From Octopus sinensis (Eukaryota), in NCBI RefSeq assembly GCF_006345805.1, contig NC_043012.1, positions 30,380,001-30,444,000 on the forward strand: DNA of 64,000 nt, written 5' to 3'. The position numbers and the translations under genes were made by a program. The notes below the pieces were generated by a model, which was not told the DNA's origin, ran no database searches, and saw only the letters and a program-made list of their open reading frames with translations. Shown here one piece after another: positions 14,283 through 27,614 of the stretch (positions within the stretch are counted from its first letter, which is position 1; each line of letters begins with the position of its first letter).

Positions 14283-15498
14283 TCAAAAATATTACGCACT
14301 CTTGTTTTTCCAATGTACTTACACAAAAGCTGGGGATAAACAAGTCGTTTTTCTGCATAGTCTCCTTCCTTTTCGATTCGCTTGCTCTGACCGTCCACAA
14401 ACTTGTGCTTTCCCTCCAAGAAGGAGGTCTTCCGTTGGCTGTGCAACCATTTATGCACTGCTTCTTTCACATCTTCGTACGTAGGAAATCAACGACCTCG
14501 TAAACCATATTTGAACAGCCCAAGGATATGATCGCCGGAAGGGGCGAGATCTTGGTTAATGGTGTGGTGGGGTGCAATGTGATGCATTATTCGATAATAC
14601 GCTTCGACGTTTGGCTCGAATTGTTGGGTTCAGTTTGTTGGCCAGTATCTTGCACTGCTGATCGTACACCCCTCTTCTAGGTAGTCTTCCAGTACAGGCC
14701 CTTTTGAGTCCCAAAAATGGGTTAGCATCACCTTTCTCGCGGAAGACTGAGTCTTGAATTTCTTCATCGCTGGCGGACCGGGACGTTTCCACCCCATACT
14801 CTGTCATTTGGATTCTGCCTCATAATGATGGACCCACGTTTCGTCTTCTGTGACTATTCTGCTCGAAAATTCCTCGCCCTCATTGTTGTAGCGATCAAGT
14901 AAACGGTGACAGACCCCAAGACGTTTGCACTTGTTCTCTGCAGTAACCTCTCTCGGCACCCGTCTTGCACAGACTTTATGGAATCCGTGCTCATCGTGGA
15001 TGATTTGGTAGGCAGAACCATGACTAATCTTCAGAGCTGGAGCTACCTCATCGATGATAACTCGCCGGTTCACCATTACCATCTCTCGAGCTTGCTGAAT
15101 CTTCTCGTCAGTGGTGGAGGTTGACGTCCTCCCTCCTCGCTCTTCGTGCGTCACGCTTGTCCGGCCACATTGAAACTTCTCCTTCCCCTCACACACACTT
15201 CTACACGGAAGTGCTCTGTTTCCGTATTGTGTTAAGAGCCTCCGATGAATTTCAGCACCGGACACACCTTCCGACCAGTGAAATCCGATCACTGCTCTTT
15301 GTTCTTCTTTGGTGCACATTGTTAATGGATCGGCCATGCTTACACTGTAAAGTCAAAAAGAAAAGTGGCGCGATCAGGCTCAAACTTCAATCACGCGACC
15401 ATAATAGTACCAACTATAAGCACGCATGCGCAGAAGGCATTGTGACAATAATAAAGAGATATTATGATGAAAGTGCGGATAATTTTTGACTTCCCCCG
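14271..15498 (-). mobile_element. Near full-length decayed mariner element with both TIRs
   Basis: Right end gaaagtgcggataatttttgacttcccccg|TA (to 15498) is the inverse of left end TA|tgagagagagagtcaaaaatattacgcactctt (14271-14303); TA flanks. Confidence 0.92.
14340..15337 (-). pseudogene. Mariner transposase pseudogene (N-terminal 177 codons uninterrupted)
   Basis: EEQRAVIGF, HKVCARRVPR (WVPR motif), IVTEDETWVHHYE, then stops/frameshifts, an apparent deletion around the second catalytic Asp, QDLAPSGDH (YSPDLAPSD motif) and IEKEGDYAEK. Confidence 0.93.
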
Positions 15499-15688
15499 TA
15501 CATTTTATATCCTCTGATTAGAACTAATATCAACCTCTTCTAATCAACGTCTCTTAAATATCTACGCTCTTCAAATATTCAAGCACCGAAGTCGTTAATT
15601 TGCCCACCGGAGCGGGGGTAAGAACAGGTAAAAATGCCAATTCAAATAAATTCATCATTTAAAAGCCCTAACTCTTACTGGCTTCATA

Positions 15689-15730
<42 letters not shown>

Positions 15731-15865
15731 TATACATACATACATACGTACATACATACAAATATACTCTCCAACTATCAATCTGTCTGTCTCACGTTCT
15801 ACGCGCGCATAAACATACGAATATATACATATATAGATAATAGATGCATACATACAACATACGTA

Positions 15866-15914
<49 letters not shown>

Positions 15915-16770
15915 TGCATTCACACACACACAAGCTAAAATACTACAAAAAAATGTTTTAACGATTTTTCTAAGATATGTCACCAGTAGACCTTCATTCA
16001 TCAAGCTTCTCTACTTGGAGTCGCCGATGTCTATCTTTTAAGTAATATTCCCACACACTTACTCTACATATTGACTCAAATGCGTCTACGAATATTCATT
16101 TCTTTCCTTAGAACCCACCATTCCTGATTACACACACAGTTATTAAAACCCATTAACCAATTTTCTTGTGAAAATCTAACTAAAAATCTCAAGGTTGGTA
16201 CGGACACCAACTAAATCGCTACCTCGAACAAACAAACCTGTTGTTTAATTTTTTATAACAATTTTCAATAAGCTGTGGGTTTTTACCGCAAAGGCCTATA
16301 ATTGTCCCCCAGAAATATTTTGAACCCGTTCACACCCGCACCCCACCATCAATTCTCTGCTTTTCTTTCTTTTATTCCTCCTACCATTGTGTCTTGTTCA
16401 CAGCTGTTGATGTTGTCCTGAGCAAGACATTAAACCTCGAGTTTTGGAGTATTGCTGCTTTATTTTTCTTTTAAGAGTCGTATCCCCTGAATCTTTACAG
16501 GGTCCTCTGAGACTGATAGATGGGTGGCAGTGAGGATATGGGCCGAATGCTTGCAAGAGAAGAGCAAGTAAGGTGTCCAGTGGTCGGGATAAATCGGGCG
16601 GCGGATTAAGCCTATTATCCAAGTAGGCTACGGCGGGATTTTAATTCCAAACATAAAAAAGCCGGAACAAATCATAAGTGGTGACCACAGATTTCTCTAA
16701 CCCTATCTGATGGCTATCTTTTCAAGTGCCCGGTTCTATCTGAAACACTACTACTACTACTACTACTATT

Positions 16771-16829
<59 letters not shown>

Positions 16830-16977
16830 TATTATTTAGTGTGTGTGTGTATGTGTGTGTGTGTATGTGTGTGTGTGTGTGTGACAAATGCATTCAATTA
16901 CGAGTTGTAGTATTTAATGCATTTTTCATTTATTGAGTAACTGAACGCCACGTATCCCGACTTTTGTTAACGGTAAG

Positions 16978-17009
<32 letters not shown>

Positions 17010-17455
17010 CATACATACATACATACATACATACATACATACATGCATACATACATGCATACATACATACATACATACATACATTCAATTAGAAATTCAA
17101 ATAGCCTCATTAAGGGATGGTAATATCTAATGAATTACTGGTTCATTACCTAAAAATTTTTTTGTGAATAATAGTATTCATAAAATAATAAGTCTAAATA
17201 TAAATCTTGGTTGATAGATCTCAAAAAGGATATGTGTACGCAGAGAAAACCAACCCTATAAGTATTTAGCCCCTAGGGGCTGGTCCAAAGCGCGCGTTAC
17301 GTTGGTTGTACATTGTTGGTACACTCCAGGGAGTCCGACGTGTCGTAAAACCCTTTGGTATAATCAAACGAATAGTAACAGACGATAGATAATTGTCAGC
17401 TAATTACGAATACATATATATTTACACATACATATGCATAAATGTATAATATATA

Positions 17456-18320
17456 GGCGCAGCTTACCAACCACATGGTTCCGGGTTCAATCCCACAGCG
17501 TGGCACCTTGGGCAAGTGTCTTCTACTATAGCCTCGGGCCGACCAAAGCCTTGTGAGTGGATTTGGTAGACGGAAACTGAAAGAAGCCCGTCGTATATAT
17601 ATATATATATGTATAAAAATTATATATAAAATTTACAAAAGTGGACAAGAACGCAAACCAAACAAAGAGACGACACAAAAAAAAACAGACAGGTCATTCG
17701 AAGCCTCTAATCTTCAGTCAGGAACCGGATCATCTTAGCAATTTCGGCTGATTAATCCTGATATCGCTCCGATCCGGCCAGCCCCAAGGAAAAACTAAGC
17801 TACGAGCATTAGATTTCTTGGAAAAAGGATCGAATGTATACGAAACAAGGACAGAAAACCGGACAATGCCACACGAAACAAAAACTAAAAATAAAAAACA
17901 AGAATAGTAATAACAGGACAGCGAGAGTCTTACGACTTCAGACAATTTAACTTATCTTGGCTGGCGTATTTTGAAAAAATGCCTTTGCGGCAGACGAAGA
18001 CAACAGTGTTAACATGGCAGCGGTCAAAGGCGAAAAGTAGGGGGCAATATATAATATTTATTTATGTATGTATGTATGTGTATATGTTTGCGTATCTGTG
18101 TTTGTCCCCCCCCCCAACCCAACATCGCTTGACAACCGATGCTGGTGTGCTTAGGTCCCCGTAACTTAGCGGTTCGGTAAAAGAGTCCGATAGAATAAGT
18201 ACTAGGCTTACAAAGAATAAGTCCTGGGGTAGATTTGATTCGACTAGAAGGGCGGTGCTCCAGCAAGGCCGCAGTCAAACGACTGAAACGAGTAAAAGAG
18301 TAAAAGAATGAAAGAGTAAA
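17456..18320 (+). mobile_element. SINE family B split by a ~450-bp insertion in its internal microsatellite
   Basis: Head/CORE-like part 17456-17595, foreign segment ~17611-18058, tail catcgcttgacaaccgatgctggtgtg...cagtcaaacgactgaaacgagtaaaag ~18095-18320. Confidence 0.85.
17611..18058 (-). mobile_element. Dispersed repeat fragment, possibly Penelope-like terminal repeat
   Basis: 17630-17755 is the inverse of 20668-20800; both are (TA)n-flanked. Family assignment is inferred from CTGAnGA...CGAA-type motifs only. Confidence 0.45.
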
Positions 18321-18501
18321 GAGTATAGATGCACGCACACATACCTGTATGCGTGTACCCGCACAAACATGCTTATATAAATGTCCATGATTGTATGGCT
18401 ATAATCAGAAAATCAGTAATAGGTATTTCCTTTAAGATACAACTAAAACAGACTCGCGCGAACCTTCACACACGCACACACGCACACGCACACACACACA
18501 C

Positions 18502-18552
<51 letters not shown>

Positions 18553-18793
18553 AGTTATCCCTCCACTCCCAAGAACCTTAAAAAATATCTTTTTTGTCCC
18601 CCTCGTAAATTCCCTTCGGGATCATTTGAAATGTTTCGTCACACAACATTGCACAAAATCAACAGACAAAACACAACTGAACAAACAGACATACTTACAT
18701 ACACGCATACATAAAAACGTGTACGTGTATAGGTATTTCCGTGTGTGTATGTGTGTGTACATACATATACACACGCGAGATTGGGACTATCTA

Positions 18794-18872
<79 letters not shown>

Positions 18873-19048
18873 GTCTGTCTGTCTGTCTGTCTGTATGTAT
18901 GTATGTATGTATGTATGTATGTCTGTATGTATGTATGTCTGTCTGTCTGTCTGCATGCGCGCGTACACACGAGCTGAAACGAGTAAAAAGTAAAAGGGTA
19001 CATGCATACACACGTGTGTGTGCATGTTTGTGTATCTCTGTGTGTGTA

Positions 19049-19115
<67 letters not shown>

Positions 19116-19250
19116 CGTGTGTGTGTGTACTTATTCATTCACCGATCAGGATGGAATTCTTCTTCCGATGAACCCAGACACCAATGCTGTTTCTTCTTTA
19201 CTTCGGACTTTTCTTTATTTCAAAATCAGAATACCTTTCTCTCTCTCATC

Positions 19251-19287
<37 letters not shown>

Positions 19288-20185
19288 CCTACATTTCTTT
19301 TTTCTTCTTTTTCCTCACATCGTCTTCCTTGTGGTCGTCGTCGCTGTCGTCATCATCATCTACAGCAACAATAGCATCCTCAACAAAGACATTATTATAA
19401 TCCGCACGTGGCCCCTTAAGAATATGCTTATTAAAGAAATACAAAGAAAAAAAAAGAGAAAGAGAAACCTTTAAAGAAACACAAATAACAAGAAAAAGAA
19501 AAGCGAAAGAAAGAATTCCTTGTTTAGGAATGATTTTTTTTTCATTTTACTACGTATTTACAGACTTGTTTTGTCCGTCATGGTCTGATGGATGGCGATA
19601 GTGTTGTTGGAGGATGCGAACCGTGACTGGGTTCATGTTACACATATACTTGTATGTGGTGGTGGTGGTGGTGTGTGTGTGTGTATGTATGTGCGTGCGT
19701 GTGTGTGTGTATGCGTGCGTACGTGTAGGTATGGCCAGGTAATTGAGAGTATCACTTCTCAACCACTTCGCTTCGGTTTCAGATATTATTTTTTAAAAAC
19801 TTTATCCACATCCCATACTTATTAATGTGCGTGTTGTTGTTGAACGCTAAGCTGTGATATTCCGTCTGAGGGAAACCCTTGAAAGACAATATTTTCGAGA
19901 GCGAGGCGAAAGGAATTCGCCCCGAAACTGATCATGAAAGAAAGAAAGAAAGAAAGAAAGTGGCAGACGGACAGATAGGCACACATACAGACACACGCAC
20001 AGACACCGATATTTCGCTGTTATGTCTGCTCATTAGTGTCACAGACGCCTCCACTTCCGAAACGAATCGCGACAGTTAGCGAGAAGTATATAGGGAAATA
20101 GCATATTATTTATATATATATGTCCTTGTCCAGCCCGCAGCTACTGTGTGTGCTGCCCTAGTGGCAAATTATATAAAATAAAATA

Positions 20186-20627
20186 AAGTAGTTTGCTTAC
20201 CAACCAAACAGTTCCGGGTTCAGTCCCACTGCATGGCACCTTGAGCAAGTGTCTTCTACTGTAGCCTCGGGCCGACCAAAGCCTTGTGACTGGATTTGGT
20301 AGACGGAAACTGAAAGAAGCCTGTCGTATATATATATATATATATATATATAATATGTGTGGTGTGTGTGTGTGTGTGTGTTGTGTGTGGTGTGTGTGTG
20401 TTGTGTGTGTGTGTTTGTGTGTCTGTGTTTGTCTCCCCAACATCGCTTGACAACCGATGCTGGTGTGTTTACGTCCCCGTTACTTAGCGGTTCGGCAAAA
20501 GAGACCGATTGGATAGGTACTAGGCTTACAAAGAATAAGTCCTGGGGTCGATTTGCTCGTCTAAAAGGCGGTGCTCCAGCATGGCCGCAGTCAAGTGACT
20601 GAAACAAGTAAAAGAGAATAAAAGAGA
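20186..20627 (+). mobile_element. SINE family B, nearly complete
   Basis: Head, ccttgagcaagtgtcttctactgtagcc, (TA)n(TG)n core, tail with CAGTC-aagt-GACTG hairpin and aaaagagaat end. Confidence 0.9.
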
Positions 20628-20667
20628 AATATATATACACATAATATATATATATATATATATATAT

Positions 20668-20800
20668 ATCAGCCGAAATTGCGAAGATGATCCGGTTCTT
20701 GACTGATGACTGAGGGCTTCGAATGTCCCGTCCTGTGCTTCTTGTGTCGTCTTCTAGGTGTTTCCCGTTCTTGTCCCCAGTTTGTATATATTTTTTACTT
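20668..20800 (+). mobile_element. Dispersed repeat fragment (same family as 17611-18058)
   Basis: atcagccgaaattgcgaagatgatccggttcttgactgatgactgagggcttcgaa, flanked by (TA)n on both sides. Confidence 0.6.
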
Positions 20801-20802
20801 TT

Positions 20803-20869
<67 letters not shown>

Positions 20870-21671
20870 TATGTAGATATTTATCAACTTACTTGGAAAT
20901 GGATGCGTGGCGTTCAATCATATAATAATACAACTGAAAACGAAAGGGGGGAGAGAAAGAGAGAACAGAACAAGACATGCACCTGTACATATATATGTAA
21001 GTATGCACATATATGTATATATCCACACATATATATCGACACACACACACATATACATATAACACACACACACACACACACTCACACACACACGTAATTA
21101 GTTGGTGCTCCTCCCACCTGATAAAAGCTGTACAGAAATACATGCATACGCATGACCACAAGCACACACGTGTGTAGATATGTATGTCCTATTCAATCAA
21201 CCGCAGACCATTTTCCGGCTAAAAAGTCGTGTGTAGCTAAGGAGGAAACCTACCTCAACAGTTAGGAGACATTCGAAATATTGCGTAAAACACATCAGAT
21301 GTGCTTTTGAAACAACTGTATATTCGACGACTTCTTCCGTATTTCATTATTGCATTATAAGCAACGATTGTTGCTGTGGAGAAGGTGTTGTATAGCACCT
21401 GTTATCAGAATTCTCTGACTAATCTCGACAAGGGAGGGACCACATTTGGTGTGTTGATTAATAAATTTTCTTGAGCAATTATCGAGTCAATTCTGTTTTC
21501 GATATGTTTATGTCAGAGACTAAGAAACTACGTTTCACCACTATCACTCGACCGATCATACGACATTGTTGTTATTATTAGATATGTATTTATATATATA
21601 CGTATAAATGCACGTATTTATATTTGTAAGTATGTATAAGTGCGTGTGTATATATTTGTAAATTTAGTAAG

Positions 21672-21790
21672 CCTATGACCACAACTGTTCCAACCGTGGC
21701 CATCGAGGCTTGTGTAACGAAGATTCTGTTATACAATGGGTGGATTTTTCATGACTACATCAAAAGGGAGAATTTAGTTGTTATATCTGC
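21672..21790 (+). repeat. Dispersed repeat, second copy at ~24887-25010
   Basis: ctatgaccacaac(t/c)gttccaaccgtg(g/a)ccatcgaggcttgtgtaac...gagaatttagttgttatatct present at both loci. Confidence 0.85.
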
Positions 21791-21951
21791 ATTTGTATAC
21801 GCATACTACAGTCTCTGTTCCTTTATTTCTCTTTCTGCCTATATGTTCACACACACACAAACACACACACACACACACACACACTATATATATATATATT
21901 ATTAGTATATGTATTTTGTGTATGTGCCTATATACATACACACACACACAG

Positions 21952-21986
<35 letters not shown>

Positions 21987-22289
21987 CGTATTCACATACA
22001 TACATACACACAAACTCACATGTCTATGTTGAGATATATGTAATTATATATATATGTGTGTGTATCTACATATGTATATAAACATCTGTATAAACATATC
22101 TGTGTAGATGTCTTTTTTCCCCCTCAAAGTTACTTTTTCTCCTCGTACATTCCAACCGAAATTAGGTGACAATCTTTACACAATCTTTTATGAATCCGTG
22201 AAGCTCAGTACCAAGTACTTAATTAACATATAATTATCAACTTGGATGTTGAACATCTGTCGGGCCTTTTCCGCTTTTCTACTTCTCTC

Positions 22290-22357
<68 letters not shown>

Positions 22358-22488
22358 TATATATATATATATACCGTGCGTGTGTGTGTGCACATATAGA
22401 TGAAGTGAAACATTGAAAAAATAAATAACAGTTGGATGACAAGATGTCACTGTATTGAGTTAATGACGAGCAAAATAGAAATATATAA

Positions 22489-22516
22489 GACGTTTCGGAC
22501 ATAAATCCTTTGTCGG
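22489..22516 (-). ncRNA. Decayed minimal hammerhead-like motif
   Basis: CCGACAA-A-GGAU(UUAU)GUCC-GAAAC-GUC; two transitions from the CUGACGA core. Confidence 0.4.
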
Positions 22517-23038
22517 TAAGGCAGAACTGTAGTAAAGGGAAATGTACGAGAAAAGCGTACGCGTATCTCTACATAAAGTATCCACCACCACCACCACCAC
22601 CACCACCACCACCACATCAATGCTACCACCATAATCACAACAGCTGCTACCACTACGACGATCAACATTACATCTACTGTCAACGCAACAATCATTGCCA
22701 ACAGCAGCAGCGATAGCCTGGTCATCACTGCCGCTGCCACCGGCTCCGCCGCCGCTGCCACCGGCTCCGCCGCCGCTGCCGCCACCACCACTACCACCAC
22801 CACCACCACCACCACCACCACCACAACAACAACAACAACAACAACAAGTTGTTTAAAACCGTTAATAGCCGGAAGTGTTTCTTTTCTAAACAGACGTCAG
22901 TAAATATTTTAATCTTTACTGTGTCTCCCCTCTTCTCCCCCCTTAACCCTCTCTCCCCCGACCGTTCCTTAGTTACCAGGTCTTAACCTTATTACAGTTT
23001 GGACAGGATTTTAGAGGTAAACAGATTGTCACACACAC

Positions 23039-23092
<54 letters not shown>

Positions 23093-23744
23093 TTCTTTAA
23101 CCTAATTTGGAGTCTCCTCTCCGCACCGAATACAAACAAATCAAAAAATTAAAAGGAATCTCAACATCCTAACCCCCAAATACCCCCCCAGCCTCTACCC
23201 CTCCCCACCACCACCTTTATTCAAACATCTCCTCTACTAATACCACCACCACTACTACTACCGAAACCATCACCATCACCACTGCTACTCAACTACCACC
23301 GGAAATATCATTACCATCCCCACAAATATCACCATTTATCGATGACTCCCCCCACCACCATGATAGCTCTACCATCACCATAACCCTCCCTCCACTACCA
23401 CTATAACCACCAAAATAGCAAGAACAACAATTTAACCTATTTTATCAAACAAGACAAGTTTTCCCTCCGTTATTAAAAAAGAAACTCTTAATGTGTTTGT
23501 TTAGAAAGTTGCTTTCTTTTAGTAAAAGAGTTGTCCGTCTTTTGTTCCAGGTTTTAAGACCCACTCGGGAGGCCAGGAAATGGAGGAAAGGTGGACTGGT
23601 GATGGTGGTGGTGGTGGTGGTGGTGGTTATAGTGTAGAAGGCCTTTTGCTCCCTTTTTCTTGCTTCAACATTTTCACCGCTCCCCTTGATTACAACACAC
23701 ACACGCACACACACACACACAACACACACACATACACACACACA

Positions 23745-23789
<45 letters not shown>

Positions 23790-24689
23790 ACATACAAATA
23801 CACCGCTCAAAATCTACCGCCGATAGATCGATCTCTATTGAAACTTTCCTTGCATATAAGTTATTTCATCAATATTCTTATGGAATATCAAAACATGGGC
23901 AGATGATTCCCAAAGTATAAACTGGAAATATATCTGAAAAGAAGGACAATTTATTGCCCCCAATAGTCCCCCTTTGTTCCCAGAACCCATACAATTTATC
24001 CATCGTCCTCCCACTCCAAGTCGGCCGTACCCTCCACTCCACTCCACTTCATGAACGACCCTTGTAGAGTTGGGTTGTTCGGATGTTTGTCTTACGACTT
24101 AACTCTAATGACTCTCGCTTACTATTTAGCCAAAACCTTTAGGTGTCATCTTAATTGTTTATCTTCGCTGCATGACACTTCAATAATCTTTTAATCGCTT
24201 TTAGTTCTTCGATAATTACATGGCTACTGAGTCGCGATCTGGTTCTAATGTTACTGACCCTTTATTGTCGCTTCATCACGGAGAAAAGAGCAATGGCTAT
24301 GGTCCTTCACTTTTTTTTCAGAATTTCTGAGGTGGTGGCGGCGGCAGTCTTGTGGAAGGGCTGTAGCCATTTTCCAACCGGTAGCCTGACCTAAATGCTC
24401 GCAACAGAATGGCTTACACTAAAGGCTTTCTGGAGATCAGGTGGTGGCGTTAAATCGGGGGTAATTGATGAAGTCTACCGCTCTAACACTAACGCTCAGA
24501 GCGAAAAGAGCCGTCACAAGCCACCGCAAGCCGTCCCTTCGGTTGCTTTAACAGTTCAGGCAATTCAAAGCCAGGATGGCTACTTTGTTTTATCAATAAC
24601 GAATGAATGAAAAACTTAAGTTGAGTCCATCGGATTTGAACTGAGAACGTTTTAACAAATAACATTATAGTATTTTGTTTTCTGTTGTA

Positions 24690-24840
24690 ATAATTGTGCC
24701 GATTCACCATTGTGATGAAATGGTTTGTCAACACCGAAAGGTTGAAAGAGAAAGCTGGAATCGGCAGGATTTGAACTCATAGAAATGGGTCAAATAACCT
24801 CAAGGCATTTTGTCTTTCGCTCTAACGATTCTGCCGATCA
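24690..24840 (-). mobile_element. SINE family A, degenerate
   Basis: gaaaggttgaaagagaaagctggaatcggcaggatttgaactc...gctctaacgattctgcc. Confidence 0.7.
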
Positions 24841-25595
24841 ATCACTTCAAAGAATTTAGCATCATCTCAATTCTAATCGAGTAAGTCTATGACCACAACC
24901 GTTCCAACCGTGACCATCGAGGCTTGTGTAACAAAGATTCTATTATACAATGAATGGATTTTTCAAGACAGTAAATCAAAAGAGAGAATTTAGTTGTTAT
25001 ATCTAGCAGATCGAGTTAAACAACCAAAGAACTTGGTTGGTTTACTGTTTGGCAGTGTTTAATACAAAACCGATGGAATGGTGTGATGGAAGAGGATTAG
25101 GGCGGAAGGGTCGCTGCCGCGTTCTTCGATGTCACCGATTCCCCCCACCCTCTCTCTCTCTCTAGAAATACATGTTTCTGGTTAGAAACCTCACTGAATA
25201 ATTGTCTGGTCAAGGATGTTAATTTATTAATTAACAGATGGTTTATAGAGTTAAAATAATTTTGTGGCAAGGGGGGGGGGGGCGAGAAGAAAAAAATGGT
25301 CTTTCGTTTCATGTTACTGTAACGATCATGGAAGGAAGAACGGATCAGGAGCGATGTAATTAAATGTGATATGGGGTAGATTGCAACAATAACATGTGTG
25401 TGTGTGGAGAGGGTGAGAGAAAGACAGAGAGGGAGGCTGGGGAAGAGAGAGAGAGTGAAAAATAGTTAAAAAGAGAAAGGGATGACCTAAGGGCTACAGC
25501 AGAAATAAGCAAAAAGAAAAAAAACAAACAAACAAAAAGAAACGGGACACCCACATACACTACAATATATGTATGTGCAATATATTAAATGCATG

Positions 25596-25626
<31 letters not shown>

Positions 25627-25726
25627 TCATACATACAATGTGCGCATTTACATATTTATGTATACATACATACATACATACATGCATACATGCATACATA
25701 CATACATACATACATACATACATACA

Positions 25727-25759
<33 letters not shown>

Positions 25760-25789
25760 GTAATACACACGCATATATGTAGAATTGAA

Positions 25790-25910
25790 ATTTACAGAAA
25801 AACAAAAGACTAAGACAGATGCATGAACAACAAGTATGTATTGGTTTGGCGCTCGGGAAAGTGAAAAAGTCTTTTACGTTTCGAGCCTACGCTCTTCAAC
25901 AGAAAAGAAT
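25790..25910 (-). mobile_element. Short hammerhead-motif repeat (Penelope/retrozyme-like)
   Basis: Reverse complement reads ctgttgaagagcgtaggctcgaaacgtaaaagac...ttcccgagcgcc..., homologous to 33630-33770. Confidence 0.65.
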
Positions 25911-26479
25911 AATATATATATAATATAAAATATAAACGATTTGAGAATTATACATTGTAATCGTGTATATGAATCAAGCGCGCGCACACACACATACACA
26001 CACACTCGCGTCAATATATGTATTGATTATATATACTGATTTACATCGATATGATTGTAGTCTGAGCTCAGAGCTATTCGCACTGAGCTGATGTTTTTTC
26101 AAGACAAGACATTCCACATTACATTGCTTTAAATAAGTTCAGTGACTAGGTACCATTTGGAGGATTAAGGAATTTCTAAGGGTTTTCTTTCTTTTTTTTT
26201 TAAATTATCATTATTTCGAGTTTAGCCCATAACTTGGATCTAGAAGAGCCAAGGAAAAAACTGCTCAGGTATGTTCTTCAGTACCCCACGTGCCCACATC
26301 AAACTTATAAACAGTAGCAGTAGCAGAAGAAAGAGGAAAGGGAGGAGGAGGAGAGGAGAGGAGAAGAAGAAGGAGGAGGAAGAAGAAAAGAAAATGATCA
26401 ACAATAACAGCAACATCGTAATAATGGCAAGAGCAACGAAAACGTCGATGTTATCACGAACAATATATTTATGAATTGG

Positions 26480-26640
26480 GTGAGGCATGGCTGTGTGGCA
26501 ATGAAGTTAATTTGGTAACCATGTGGTTTGGGGCTCTGTTTCATTGCGCGACACCTTGGCCAAGTGTCTCCTCGTATAAACCCGAGCCGACCTTTGTGAG
26601 AGAATTCGGTGGACGGAAGCTGCATGGAAGCCCGTCGTAG
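26480..26640 (+). mobile_element. SINE family B head
   Basis: ggcatggctgtgtgg...accttggccaagtgtctcc...gagccgacctttgtgag...aagcccgtcg. Confidence 0.75.
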
Positions 26641-26823
26641 AGAGCTGTCTGTCAATTCGTCTGTTTATCTGTTTCTATGGATGATGAGTGACGTGTGTTT
26701 TTCTTTCTTTATTCATCCATCCATCTATATACATATCTATAAATCTATCTGACAGTGTTAATCCATCCATCTCTCTTCTTTCTTTCTGTGTGTGTATATA
26801 CTCACACAGACTCGCAACACACG

Positions 26824-26896
<73 letters not shown>

Positions 26897-27106
26897 CCTC
26901 ATCCATTAATATTTGTTATTCTAAGCAGTCATAGTCCCATTAACGAAGACCGCCATTTAAATTTTTTTTTCCTGAAGAGGTGAATAAGGTTTTGTTTCGA
27001 CTAGGGCCCCTGTCATTAACATCTCTGGTGTCCCCTTTAAGGGTTGCTCCACCTTTAACTCTAGTTACACCCTGTAAGATAATTTATTTTCTTTTCTGCC
27101 GACATC

Positions 27107-27146
<40 letters not shown>

Positions 27147-27614
27147 CCCTTCCAATTACGAGAGTGTCAATCTTTTCATCTCTCACCCTTTTCATGTAAA
27201 TGATGCAACATTGAAATTATAATAAATATTTCTTTTATTATTATATTTTATTTTATTTTAATATCAAGTAACTTCCGATATTCGTCTAAAAATTATTTGA
27301 TCGTTAGTGAGAAAAAAATTATAAAAAATATGAAATTAAAAAATAATGGAAATAAAAATGATCGGAAAAGGGAAAAGAAATAATAATAATAATAATGATG
27401 ATGATGATGATTATGGTGATGATAAAGAGAAAACTTTGAAACAATTAAATGAAACAAGCATTATGACTCATCTAATTCGTTTAACGTTGAACAGGCTCTT
27501 ACTGTTGTTGTTGTTGTTGTTTGATGTTTCCAATAACATTTGGTCGATTTTTTAAAATTTTTATAATGTGTTCCTCTGGCGATTCTCTTGGGGCGAATAA
27601 AGAAACGATTATTG

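Noticed and set aside
17765-17830. Twister-like AUC-UAA…GAGC-GAU pattern on the minus strand
   Set aside because: Lacks the P4 loop and pseudoknot complementarities.
22447-22900. Thr/Ala-rich mucin-like and poly-V/W frames
   Set aside because: Degenerate CCA/GCC/CAA repeats; the Thr-rich frame has an upstream stop and no start or acceptor.
24220-24330. MATESRSGSNVTDPLLSLHHGEKSNGYG…, transporter-like N-terminus
   Set aside because: Only 36 codons, no consensus donor before the stop.
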